Shown: piece by piece, positions 23,880 through 36,950 of the stretch | Layout: every line of letters begins with the position of its first letter | How positions within the stretch are numbered: position 1 is the stretch's first letter | Source of the DNA: Epiperipatus broadwayi | Taxonomy: Eukaryota; Animalia; Onychophora | Assembly: GCA_028023455.1 (NCBI GenBank) | Contig: JAQFVV010000001.1 | Span: 3,596,001-3,660,000 of the forward strand | Length of the DNA: 64,000 bases | Direction: 5' to 3' | The notes under the pieces: generated by a model | Databases searched by the model: none | The model's input: the letters and a program-made list of their open reading frames with translations, nothing else | Told to the model about the DNA's origin: nothing | Program-made: the position numbers and the translations under genes

Positions 23880-24830
23880 TATCCCATTCCAAAACTGACA
23901 CCATTCATCAAATCCTTCTATCTTAGGTTCTTCTCAAATATCCATAACTATTTTTCTTTTTAAAATCACCAATCAACTTTTTTTATTCTTTTACCTCTTT
24001 TCGTCATATCTTACAATTGTTCAATTCAATATGTATTTTATAATTACTCAATTTTTAAATACATTTTCAAATTAGTTCTCTTCCTCTTCATAATTCCTTT
24101 AAAAAAATCTTTTTTCATTTATCTGTTTCAATATATCTACATTTTGGTTCTTATTTTCTAACTTATCTTTTCCAATTTTTTCCAAATTTATATTTTTGAA
24201 ACTTTCAATTTTTTATTTTTTATTTTTCTGATTCACTAAAAATTTATCAAGTTTCTGTCCTAAGACAGAAATTAACTTCAGTAATTTAGATAAAAAATTG
24301 GTATCCTTAATATTTAAAAGCATTAAACTGTTCTAAAAGTTTATGTTTACTTTTATTTTTCTCTTAATAAAATATTACTTAGGATTACCAAAGCTTATAG
24401 AAAGTTTGTATAAGCTTTGACAGTCCTAAGTAATATTTTATTAAGTTCATTACAACTATCTGCAAATGCTGATATATTGTCTATTGATTTAATATAATTA
24501 ACTCTTCTATCCTCAGTGTTAATTCTATCCTTGTCAAAACAATATTCCTTAAACATCTCATTTAAATATATTAAATGGACTAGACACTATCATTACCTTA
24601 CATCTCTTTTTTATATCTCTTTTTTTTTTTTTTGATAAAATGAATATTTAAATGTCACTTCTTTTAATACATGTCTTTCTTTTTCCAATATATATTATAT
24701 TTCAATTCAATCTATAAAATAGCTTATCAAGATCAATAAAATAAATACTAATCCTTACCCTCTCTGCAACTTTCAGTGACAGTTCTCATCATTTCTAACA
24801 TACATCTTCTACCATATATATTTCCATACT
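23880..24830 (-). mobile_element. Decayed L1/Tx1-like LINE RT fragment
   Basis: GRRCMLEMMRTVTESCREG..IDLDKLFYRLN (~24810-24710), GVRQGDSLSPF-like remnant (~24600), ISAFADS (~24465). Confidence 0.55.
24363..24445. repeat. 83-nt hairpin inserted in the LINE remnant
   Basis: Arms 24363-24399 and 24409-24445 (37 bp, 3 mismatches), 9-nt loop. Confidence 0.9.
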
Positions 24831-25603
24831 TCTGTGAAAGGTTAAAATAAAAATTTGGTGGACACTAGAATAGTAAGTCAATGGATTGTAATTCAAGTTT
24901 GTTACTTCCAAAGGTTGAATTTCATAGAAACCATTCTGTTATTTATTTATTTAAAGATTATTTAAAACATAAACTCTTGAACAGTAGTAATTTATTACAA
25001 AATATTCATTCAATAAGTTGCATGTTATCATATGACTGTTTACTCATAATATTGATGGACTTTATAATCATATTAGAAAATGAAAACTGACCAAATCAGT
25101 TATAAAATAATTATTAAAGCAATCTTCAAGTAAAAGGTGAAGTAATCTTTGGGTCTAATGATTTGTGTATACCTTCCTTACCAAAGGTAAATATGGCACC
25201 ATATTACAGTCATATTTTTGTTTTATGATTAGCACAAGATCAAAGCATATCTTGGAACTTTTCCAAAACTAAAAGCATCTAAATATCTACATTCTAATCA
25301 AGAGATAATTATCTTTCTTGGGAAATCTTTAGTTATAACTAAATTTAAAGATCAAATTGTGGACAGTTCAGATGAATTCACTACCTATTATATTATAAGA
25401 ACAGTAAGATTGATTTAAATATAGTCATTTTAAAATTGACTTACATGTTTTATGTTCTATGCAGGTTTTTGGTTTTTTTTTACTAAAATAAAAATATATA
25501 TTGATTTTGCAATGACCAATTAATTTATAAAATTTAAAATTTTTACCATTCAATTTAATAAGTTAATAGAAAATAGTCTTAATTTTCTTATTAATACTGT
25601 GTA

Positions 25604-25962
25604 TATATACAATGAGCATTGCCAATTTCTCAATAAGCTTTATGATAAATGCTTAACCAGAGAAAGCATTTAAAATATCTCTGTCAGGACCCTCCCCCCA
25701 AACCTCTGACCATGATTTTGTGCTTTGGCACTTCTCAGAGAGGCACTAGGATAGGTTCAGACACTAGATCTAAAAATACCAACCCAAATCCAGCATTTAT
25801 CTAAAAGTTATCTATTGAATGGAAAATCTGAGGAGTGCCAAAGCACAAAACCATGGTCAGAGGTTTGGGGAAAGATTCCTGACAGAGATATTTTAAATGC
25901 TTTCTCTGGCTAAGCATTAATCACAAAGCTTGTTGAGCAATTGGCAATGCTCATTGTTTATA
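25604..25962. repeat. Foldback/MITE, arms of about 136 bp
   Basis: 25604-25739 versus 25827-25962 inverted, about 90% identical by eye, 87-bp spacer. Confidence 0.9.
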
Positions 25963-28900
25963 TCTTACAAGTTGTGGATATATAAAATACTGCTCTAAAA
26001 ATAAATTAAAAATTATTATTTTTAAATAAATTCTAAAAGTTGGAACTTTGAAGAAATTATATATTTTTGTAAAGAATGGTTGTATATATAATTTTATAAT
26101 TATATATATATATATAATTATTTTTACTACATAAGGGTTAGTGTATTTATCTGATATATCCACACTCTAGGATTCGTGTTCAACCTGAGTGTCAGTTCAT
26201 AGCTAGCTCAACTTCCCATCCAATTATTGGTTGGATAAAGTATTAGTAACTAAAACTTTTTTAGAAGACCAGACAAAGGAAAATAACATTACATTTTTAA
26301 CATTAGCTATAAGTAATATATTTTTTCTATTTCTTTTTGTAGAAATGTAATAAAAACAGTACGAGAACTTTCTTTAGTGGGAGATAATATATTATATTCC
26401 ATAGAAGTTTGAAATGGGTAACTTTAACTTAATTAGCCCTTGAGGAAACAATGGGATAATGGTCCAGGGATCATCAAATTAATACATTATCTAAATTATA
26501 CCTTATTTCTCTCCTGCTTTTTCATGACTGTTTTAACATTCTTATATGTGTTTTAATTTATATATTTAAAACATTGTAGACATGTATATTGAGGCAATAC
26601 AATCTCATTTGATGTTTATTAAATTAAATGATTTGATGTATTATATTATTTTAAAACAAAATATGCAAATTATTTGTAATTAATATATATACATATAAAC
26701 CATATACATATATTAATAACTTTTAACAGACATTATTGTTAAAATATTTTAATATGTGGGTGTATTCAAATGTAACATATATTTCTAAATATATATACGA
26801 TTAAATGTAAACAAGTAGATATTGATTTAACCTGTTTCTTTTACTTTACTTTCTTACATATATAAACTTGTTTTTGTATAACTGTCTATTTTTTAAGCAC
26901 TAAAAATAATTATTTATAACTACTTCAAATTAGGTAATCTCCATGTTTATGAAGTTCAATGTAATACCATGTGGGTTTTTTTGTTTGTTTGTAGTTTTTC
27001 ACAAATAATTCTAAAATTATATAAGGAGTTTTAAGTCGGTTTTGAATCAATTGAAATTAGTTGAAGTTACGTGATTTAGAAATCACCAAATTATTAGCTT
27101 ACTGCAGATGAGCTCCGCATTTAATACCACAACTATGGTTATTACTTGGATTTTGAACAAATGCTTGACTAAAACAACTTTGAAGTATTGGTTGCAATGT
27201 CAATATCATTGCTTTTTTATTACATGACATCTCAGCAAATTATTATTCATCTTTAAATCTTGAACTAAGAACTAATAAATAATAAATTACCATCAAATAT
27301 TTGTTTTTGATATAATCTACTATGAGAAATTTTATCACAGAAAGAAAGTTAAAACAAAAATGACTCTTACAAATGGATATATCTTTGAATTCAACTTTAA
27401 TAATTTACCTAATGCATATACAAGGTAATTATTAGTTAAAAATCCAAACAAGATATTACCTCTTAATATTTAATAATTATGATTGTCTTAAATATTTATG
27501 AAAATTATATTGTTAATATTTGTTTTATTGTTTTAATTTTTTTTTTTATCAAACAACATTTACTAAATTATTTTATATATTAATGAAAGATATTTATCTC
27601 AGAATATTATTCTAATTATAGACTTATTTAATTTTAACAAATTTAAATGCTTTTCATAAAGACATTTTGCTAATCAATACCTTTCTTTATTTAAAATCTG
27701 CTTATTATTATCTGTTTATAAGTTGAATTGCAAATAGCCAACTTATGTACTGATCATTGTTATTGGTATTAATTAATTAGTTAGTAAAATGTTATTTTTT
27801 GAAAATTTCATATTTTTCTATTTTCTGAAATTCAAAATTTTGATTTTACCATGTTTTTTTGTGATTTCATGTTTCTATTGCTGAGTTTAGTAACTACGAT
27901 TCAAAGTTATCATAGAGGGGAATTTAAAACCAACATGAAAATAATAATAATATAATAAAAATATTTGAATAGTTAATTTAAATTATAAAACTAAGTTAAT
28001 ATTTGCAATCTATTCGCATAAGCCTTTCTATTTTTATTAATAGTCATATACATATGTGAAAAAGATGTAAATACATTTGCAACAGATATATATATATTTA
28101 GGTGCTATATTATATTTAAACACTCCAGACATTTTATTATAATGATTATTATAAAACAATTAATAGACTTATTACAAAATTTTGGTTATTTAATATTTTA
28201 TTAAATATAAATCGCTATATAATTGGAAAACAAAAAAAAATTATAGCAGTATTTTCATTAGGATTATCAAGCCTATTAAGAGAGACTTTTACAATTGATG
28301 ATTTTCATTTGTCACAGGATACTTTTATCATTCTTTTATTATTTCAATTAAATCAGTACAACTATTGAAAAAAATATAGAAAAAGTTGTTAAAGAAAAAA
28401 GATTTGTAGTATTAATAATAGCAGCTGGAAACTTAAACAGTCTAGCTGAAAATCTCAAAGAGTTCTTAAAACTTTGAATTGCAATTTATATTTTTTAAAG
28501 GCTACAAGAATGAAAGTAAAAAAGTGCATGTTATAAAAAAATAATTATTAGCTATATGAAAAGTATCATATTTTATCATCTCACAATGGATTCCAATTTA
28601 GTAACTTTTATAAAATGAAAATCAGTAGCAAGGTTTAGCTGCCGTTATATAAAATGCCTCTCTATGATTAAATTTTTAAAAGGAAAAAAAATAAAAGTTA
28701 TTGCAGTTATATAGTTTCGTTTAATTTTGTCAGTACAATCATATATATATAAACACTGAAAATCTGCTAACCTGTTTGCATATTATTTTTTTTGTTAATA
28801 CCCTAGATTCCAAAATCACATCATTGTTATTTTTACAGAATTGAATTGTTTGTTTTTTTTCAACCTGGCGTACTATCATTTTATTTTCATATAACATTTT

Positions 28901-29108
28901 AAGTGATACACATTCACATTCTGTGATATATGATTTGGTGCACTGTTATGTGACTATATATATTTGTGAACTGGCTCATTTATTATTACATAAAAGTTTT
29001 TCCTTATGATATCCTCATCTGTTTCCAATGCATAAAATTAGCACTACCAATATTTGACTCAATCCATCCTCCAAAATCATGTAATTTTTGTTGCATATAA
29101 TTTGATGG

Positions 29109-29112
<4 letters not shown>

Positions 29113-29186
<74 letters not shown>
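29113..29186. repeat. Interrupted (TA)n microsatellite
   Basis: direct reading. Confidence 0.95.
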
Positions 29187-29187
<1 letters not shown>

Positions 29188-29513
29188 CCATTAGAAAACA
29201 GTAACCACCTAAACATACCAATATAGATAGTAATCAATATTTCTCACTGTTGTCAAGGCAACTCTCACCTTTTAATAATAAGAATGGAAATTCACTCTTA
29301 CTAATGGTCCAACAAATATATATGGACACTTAAAGATTGCAACTTGACCACAGAAATTGAAATATTGATACAATGAAGTTTAAATAAACCTCTTTAAACA
29401 TGAAATAAACATGTCCATGTAATGAAGACTAATAAATATATATATATGTTTATTTCTGTCTATATATATATATATATATATATAGTAATACAATATTTTT
29501 AATAAATGTTTAA

Positions 29514-29940
29514 ATGGAAATCTTGAATGTGTGAAGTAATCCATTTAAATCAATTTAATTAGAAAGCACTTAACCTAGAACAACTGCTCCAGGTCAAGAG
29601 TCAAAGTAAACAGACAGACTGATAAGCATCCTCTTTTCAATTCAACTCTAGATCTAATGTAGAAATCTAAGCATTCATTAAAAATATTGTATCACAATAT
29701 ATAACCTACCAATGGAGGGGTTTATTACATGGTAAGAAAATTAAAAAAGTTTGTTATACTTTGATTTTTTACACCTATAAATGTAAACTATCTAGAGTGG
29801 CATTTAAAAGTGGGTCCTTCTTTCGTGTGCATCAGTCTGTCAGTTTACTTTGACTCTTGGCCTGGAGCAGTTGTACTATGTTAAGTGCTTTCTAATTAAG
29901 TTGATTTAAATAGATTATTCCACACATTCAATATTTCTAT
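29514..29940. repeat. Foldback/MITE, arms of about 110 bp
   Basis: 29514-29623 versus 29831-29940 inverted, about 90% identical by eye. Confidence 0.9.
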
Positions 29941-32379
29941 ATATATCTTTGTATGTGTTGTGCTCCTTTCCTATTATAATTATCAGTTAGCTTTTATAAA
30001 ACAAATATTGTTTTTATAGAATAAAAAAAATCTGGTGATTGTAATTGTAGAAGATGGAAGTAGATGCCAATCATACATATCTTTTTGTTTAATTTGGTAG
30101 CCCAATACTTGGTAATGATAGAGATAAGATAGCTATTGGTAGAAATACATTTACATTTTCAGTTGTATAAATTGGAACTTCAATATGAAGGCTGAATACA
30201 CACACACTTTTATTACAATGTATATAATATAATATTTTCTTTTGAAAAGGTCTAGTTGTTAATAGATGAAAGCATGGTTGTGGAAGAATATTGGTAAAGT
30301 TTAGTGTTTTTTTTTTGGCTATTATTATAATGTTATATAATTTTTTATTTTAAATATTATTTCTATATGTATCCTTTTGTGGTTTCTGAAAGAAGTAGAA
30401 GTTTATTATACAAATTATTGGTATACATTCCTCACATACACAATAGTATTTTCACTCAGATTAATCTAACCAATTATTAAATTTCTCAAAATGTTTATAA
30501 TAAAGTTGTTAAAGATGATTATAATTACCAAAACTTGCAATTAGTCGTGTGGCCTAGAGTATATATATGTATAATATAATAAAATATTTATCAAAACAAT
30601 TAAATATATTATATAATTTAATTAATTAAATATCACAAGCTGACCTGACTATGAAATGTAATATAGCATTTGACAATAAGTTTTTCGTTTTTTTTTTTTT
30701 TTAAAAACCGCTATAGATTATTTTCACAAATTATACAGTTTATACTGAAGTTAAAACTTAAGTCTTAGCAATATATAATTTCAAACAAAAAACATACAAA
30801 ATACAAAGCAAATAAAAAGTAGACGGGACATACACAGAGTTTAAGAAATTGCGTAACTAATGAAGATATCCGAATGCTATGTTTTAACGATGTTTTTTTT
30901 CTTGAGGAGTGGGAGGGGGAGTGAATTTAAAAGCACTATATATATATGATAAGATCAATCTTGAATTTTTTTAGCCATTTTGGTTTTTGACTTGAAAATA
31001 AAAGAATGTAACATGCTTGCTAGCGTCATTAGGATATAATAGAATTCAGCACATAAATTTACATCTTATATAAAAATAAAAAATTATGAAAAGATTTAAT
31101 TAAATTATATTGATTTGTTCTACAATTATAATCACTTGTTTTATTTTTATTCTATAAAAATAATATAATTACTTGTTTTATTGCTGCACAACAGCTCTCA
31201 TATAAAGCTAACTGATGATTACAGTAGGTGAGCAACTAGTCACTTATGCACACAATACATGTATACATATCTTCTTCCATGGACTTAGCCATGAAAGAAG
31301 GACTAATCCATAAATTAGCAGTGCCAATTTTATTTAGTTGGGTATATTAGAGAATCCATAGATAAGCCACTTTCATCTAATAGCAAATGGTATAGGTCAG
31401 TATATCCATGTATATATAGTCACACATCACAAAGTACTAGTCAGAGAATGTGAAAGTATATTCTTAAAATGTAGATGGCAATAAGATAATACTGGATTAT
31501 CCAAACTCAGATGCCATACTGAGAAATACTGATTAAATTTTAATAATCATAGTACTAATTTGTATTTTTAATTACTAAATTGTTATTGTTAAAGTAAACT
31601 TTGAAATTCTTCTTTATATTCATTTAGCTTATATCTGTACGCACATTGAATATGTGTGATTTATCATGAATCATATTGGAGATATATTCTATTGAACTAT
31701 AAACAGAGTTGAACTGATAAAAAGAGATTTGAGAATACAGGTGACAGACCTGATGAGATACTGGTTGAGCAAAAATATTTAATAATGGTACTTCCTTGAT
31801 AGAATGTGTTCTTGTACTAAAAAGTAAAATATAAGCACAGTATTACCTTTACACAATCAATATAATTAATAATAGAGGAGAAGTTTGAGGGAAGACATAA
31901 ATTTTCTGAAGAATTACTTCAGTCTGATTAGTTATTGGGGTCATCATTACTGATAGCATTCTATCACTTATATAATCACACATTAATTATATGGCTATAA
32001 ATATATATGTTCTGAAAATAGCTTCAATTACACTATTATAGAAACAGACATGTTGTTTCACGAATATATTTTAAGTTATTTTCCCCTTCCATCTAAAGTG
32101 ATTGATAGAAATAAAACAGACTTATATAAAACAAACCAACTTTTCAATAATCTTATTAAAAAAAAAGCAAAATGTTTAAATTTAAGAGAAGAAAAAGAAA
32201 ATTATTATTTTAAATAATGATTAAGAGTTTTAAAAAAAAGATAAGTCTTTGTCATCGATTGTTATAATTTTTAAATCATGAAATAAGTACATCTTATAAG
32301 CATTTAAAACTGGTATTCATTAAAATATATTTTTAATTTTCGAAATGATGTTGTGTACAAAGTGTAATAATCGCCCAAG

Positions 32380-32935
32380 GCAAACTTATCAATTTGGAAA
32401 GCAAGACATCATCTGCTTAATCCCTCATCTGTTCCCATTAAAACTAAATGATCCAATCATCAAGAAGAGAAAAGCACTTGGGCTTAAATGAAAGCTGTTT
32501 GACAAATCAGATACAGTGGAGTCATGCTAGATTAATCCAGAGACTTGATCAGGCTATAATTAGTGGAGCTTGAAGTTAAAAAAAATTCTATCTATGTGTT
32601 GTTTAGCTGTTTAGTTGACAAGTGATTTTAGTGCAGAATCACCTTTGGAATATTATATTTTCAGCCACACAACTTATTCCAGCTGAGAAATCTAGTTTTA
32701 CTAAATGTGAACCGTATAGTTGTTGGACATTGAAAAGAAACATATTAATATGGAAAGCATAAGGATGATAGGCTAGTCAGTAATAGCTTTTTCTCTATAT
32801 GCAGCCATGAATCTCCAAGTCATGCCTGGGTGAATACCAATGGAAATTAAATAATGCCATTCAGCTTCAATAAACCAACCCCTTTTTGAAATGCAATAGT
32901 GACCTGTAGTGGATGAACACACCAGATGAAAATGA
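32380..32935 (-). mobile_element. Heavily decayed RTE-type RT fragment
   Basis: Remnants FQKG..NGII, KYNIPKVI, VKQ..LSP..IDWII and D*ADDVLLS occur in the expected order. Confidence 0.45.
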
Positions 32936-32939
32936 AGGT

Positions 32940-33420
32940 AATGATCTTATAAAAAATAAATACTTATATGTTTATAATCAAAATACATCTTTCTTGAAAT
33001 AAATCATAAATGATTATATTTTCATATGGAAATACGTTTCTATTGGAATAATTCATAAATGCTTATACATTTTATATCCCAAATACATCTGCATTGAAAT
33101 AAAGAATAAATACTTATATCTTATCTGCAAAATACATCTGTAATGGAATAAATCATAAATGATTTTGTTTGATATACAAAATACATCTTTGTTGGAATAA
33201 ATCAAGAATACTCATATTTTAGACACATGCTATGTCTGTGTTAAAATAAATTCCAAATACCAATATGTTTATAACCAAAACATCTTTAATGGAATAAATC
33301 ATAAATTATTGTATTTTAATAAACAAAATATGTCTGCATTAGCATAAATCAAATATACCACATATATCAATCTGAATGAAGTATAAATGCTATATAATTG
33401 AAATACATCTCTAGCTAGTG
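32940..33420. repeat. Degenerate minisatellite, about 49-bp unit, about 9-10 copies
   Basis: aaatacatct-like anchor at 32981, 33030, 33081, 33130, 33179, 33228, 33277 and 33326, each followed by t(g/t)gaataaatc. Confidence 0.85.
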
Positions 33421-33997
33421 GAATAATAAAGGTTATGTACAAAACACAGTTATACCTCGAAGAATTTGAAAGGCTTAAGAAAATAATACACATCTTTAAA
33501 AGAATGAATTACTAATGTTTATAAGAAAAATACAGCTGTACATGGATCAAGGATTAATATTTAAATCACAACTAAAGAATTAAAGGACACCATGGATAAA
33601 TACATCGCCAATGAAGAGTAACTGATCAATGGAACCTAAGAAAATATGCGCATACCAGAAACTGGATCCTAAAGATAAACTATATCAAATATGAACTAAT
33701 GATAAACTTTATGGGATTATTATCCAAAATAACTTGCTATGTCTGGCATAACTAGACCTAGGTAAGTCAGGTTGTAGTAAGATGGAATGCTAGTGGTACC
33801 ATTTGGGGAAACTAAACACAAATTTCTAGGTATTTCCAGTCTCTATAGTGCTACATCCTCTGATGAGCAGGAAATATTGTTGTAGGTGGAGTGATATCTG
33901 TATTGGGGAATGCCAATTGATGGTTCCTTCCTACAATATGCTCATCAGGAAATAAATGCAACCAATGTAAGAGGTTATACAGGTGTGTCCAGTTACA

Positions 33998-34099
33998 ATA
34001 TATATATATATATATATATATATTGAATGGAAGGGGCAGGGAAGAAAGAGGGGGGGGGGAGGAAGAAAGAGGGGAAAAGGAAAAGAGGGAGGGAAGAGG

Positions 34100-34126
<27 letters not shown>
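33998..34126. repeat. Purine-only G/A tract (34029-34099) bracketed by two (TA)n tracts
   Basis: direct reading. Confidence 0.9.
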
Positions 34127-34131
<5 letters not shown>

Positions 34132-34993
34132 AAAAAAAAAAAAAATATATAAACATATTTTTCAAATAACTAAAATGGAATGTTTTGAATAATAATATTC
34201 AAGTTGTACTTAAAGCTATCACAGTATTTCAATAAATTTTCGTTAAACTATCTTTGTTTTAATAGATATTGTATTCTATCATTTTTATTTATTTATTTTC
34301 TCTGATCTCTTAATAAACAATAGTTTAATAATTTATTGATTTGAAAATTTATATTATAAATGTTAAAAATTGCTAAATCTTATAATAAGTGCAGTGAACA
34401 TATATACTATTTTTTTTGTTATTGTTGTTTTTGTTTTAGTGAATTTGTTAAAGATACTTAATGCATTTATATAAATGTAGTAAAACTGTATATTAAAAAT
34501 TTATCAACTTATCACCATATACATATAGGCAGTAGACACTTTCTTAGTTGAACTCAGTTTAATTGAATGGCATATTTTTATATTTAAGTATGTTGTTATG
34601 AAATAATAGATTCAAACAAGGATTTAATAGATAGTGCTAAATATTGGAACATAAATAAAACCAGAGATAAATGTTTAAAATAAAGAGCAAATCACTGAGA
34701 AAAGTAAACTGGAATAAAAAGTATTACATAGAAAATTAATTCATTTGCTACTCATAAGTAGAAAATATGTATATTTAATAAGAAAACAAATCAAATGACT
34801 AGCTGTTTGAGAGATCATGTGACATTCAGATATCCAAAATAAAAAGTTGAGTTTTAATTCAGATTCTTTAGTTTCAAATCTGTCATCCTATATCTATAAT
34901 TATTCCCATTTATTTTAATGGCGACATTAAGTGATATTTATTTGTCTTTCAATCAAACTTTAAAACAAACAGAAAAAACAATTGTTTTTAATT

Positions 34994-35240
34994 AGAGGGA
35001 TTTGAACTCAGAATTTTTACTATATTTATCCTTCACTCCATATCAAGCAACTGATAAATATGACTACACACATACAAAAATGATACATGATTCCCAATAT
35101 ACATATTTTGTGCAGAATCAGCACTCAATCAGTTGGGCCAGATCATAATCTCCCACACCCATATATATATAGTCAGTGCTCAGTTTATATTAAGATAGTG
35201 ATCCCTCAAATTTTAATTAACAGGCTTTAATCTTCTCACC
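34994..35240 (-). mobile_element. Copy of the hammerhead-bearing dispersed repeat
   Basis: Reverse complement aligns to 12650-12902 (about 70% by eye) and to 21588-21740. Confidence 0.7.
35093..35137 (-). ncRNA. Hammerhead ribozyme motif, mutated core
   Basis: CCCAA CTGATTGA GTGC-tgattct-GCAC AAAA TATGTAT A^TTGGG. Perfect stems I and II; one extra T in the core and G12>A (CpG-type change). Confidence 0.6.
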
Positions 35241-35749
35241 CATTATCTTATATATACAAAGCGAATTTAAATCAAAAAGTCAAATAAAGATTATTGCCTT
35301 ATATAAATTCTACCCTCAACTTTAGCCAAGCAGATAGTCGATTAAAAATAACGCTGGAATCGACCAAGGAATACTAGTGTGTTTATCTAATGATAATAAT
35401 AATAAGACCATGTATACCTGGGTGCCAAATTGTAATTATGAAATTGTAATGCCTACCAGAGATCATCATCCATGCTTATAACTATAGGATCTAATGAAGG
35501 AGAGAATTCAAATTCAGTCTACTATGGTTTTAATTTTAAACTTAATAACCCTTATGTAAATACTCTCGTGATAAGTTATTACTGCTAACTAAATAATCTG
35601 GACAACTTTCTTTCACAACCCTATACAGATATATGATCCCAAGTGGTGATTACAAGAATGTTGTAAAAACTTTAATATTTGTGTTAATATTAAGAAAACA
35701 CCCGCATATATAATTCGACTATATATAAATCAAATCAAATAAATAAATG

Positions 35750-36540
35750 ACACACTTTTATTGATTTCTTCTAGCACTTTCAAAGGTATAACCTTCATTT
35801 TCAAAAAGTACAATATTCTTTCATTTTTACGAAGTGCAAATATGCAAAATAGGACAGATTAAATATGCAAATATGGATGGGAAAATTTAAACTTGCGATT
35901 TCTTAGATATGGCATAAAATGACTCTTTTTTATTCATCGCGTGTTCATCCGATATAATATAGCACGCCTCTTTCACTTTCCTGTGTAATTCATTCCACTC
36001 TCTACACATAACCTGAGGCTTATCTGGCCTGCATTGGTGGCCCATAACAACAGCATGCTGTACAAAGATAGAGGGATGGGATGGGTCAACCAATGCCTTA
36101 TTATATGCATATACATGCTAGCCAGTCTTGTGTGGATAGATGGCTTCATTTCACCATAATATGCTGCTGGGCAATTGTTAGTGCTACACACAATCTTGTA
36201 AACTGCTTGCTGGACATGTATTGGGGGAATATAGTCCTTAATGTAATTTATGCTCCTGTTAAGATTAGGAGGCGATCGGTAACACACACTAAAATCAGTG
36301 CTAAAAATTGTATGCAAGTCTCTATGAATATTTTTAATGTATGGCAGCAAAATACGGGGTTTATTCTGTTTCAGTTCATGAATAGGACCTTGTTTAAATT
36401 TCCTAATAATATTGTCAATCGCTCTTTTATTGTATTTTGCATTTATAAGCTCATTTCTAAACATTTCAATGTTTTTTTCTTTTGTCAGCTTCAAAGCTGC
36501 ACAGATTATTATTTCTATATAAGAACAATTTAGGGCCAGC

Positions 36541-36598
<58 letters not shown>

Positions 36599-36950
36599 AG
36601 TGTTCGATGAGTGGTGTATGTGGCCTCTAACATTGATAGGTTTAATGTCCATTCTGTAACAGAAGTGATGGGCCTCAATCATCACTTGAAGGTCTAAATA
36701 TTTAATACTGTTAGCGGCTTGATTTTGATTTGCATTTATGTTCAGACCTGATGCTGTTGTGAGATCTGTTTTAATGTCATCTATAGTTTCTTCTGGTGCA
36801 GCTACAAAAATGTCATCAACATATTTGGTATATAGCACTAATCCGCAGTTCACATATCTCGGAATTATAATCTGCAAAAATTTCTAATATGTAAATGATT
36901 CAAGATAAATGAGTAATCGATGCAAAGAACTTGTAACTTAGGTTTATAAT
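35750..36950 (-). mobile_element. Penelope-like retroelement, 3' part (RT C-terminus + GIY-YIG endonuclease), decayed
   Basis: YTKYVDDIF, KYLDLQV, HHSSNTP (ORF 36545-36877); ILLPYIK, AVYKIVCSTNNCPAAYYGE (ORF 35973-36494); HAVVMGH..RKVKEACYI (ORF 35887-36093); AATAAA near 35762 on the minus strand. Confidence 0.85.
36546..36596. repeat. (TA)n expansion inside the Penelope ORF
   Basis: direct reading; it splits RT from the downstream frame. Confidence 0.95.

Noticed and set aside
31640-32060. ISDRMLSV..KIYVFP, endonuclease-like words on the minus strand
   Set aside because: Two short motifs only; GDFN motif not found
32940-33420. CRISPR-like periodicity
   Set aside because: Eukaryotic context, degenerate repeats, related spacers and no cas genes; treated as a minisatellite
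36081-36533. 150-aa plus-strand ORF
   Set aside because: Antisense to the Penelope GIY-YIG region; no independent motif
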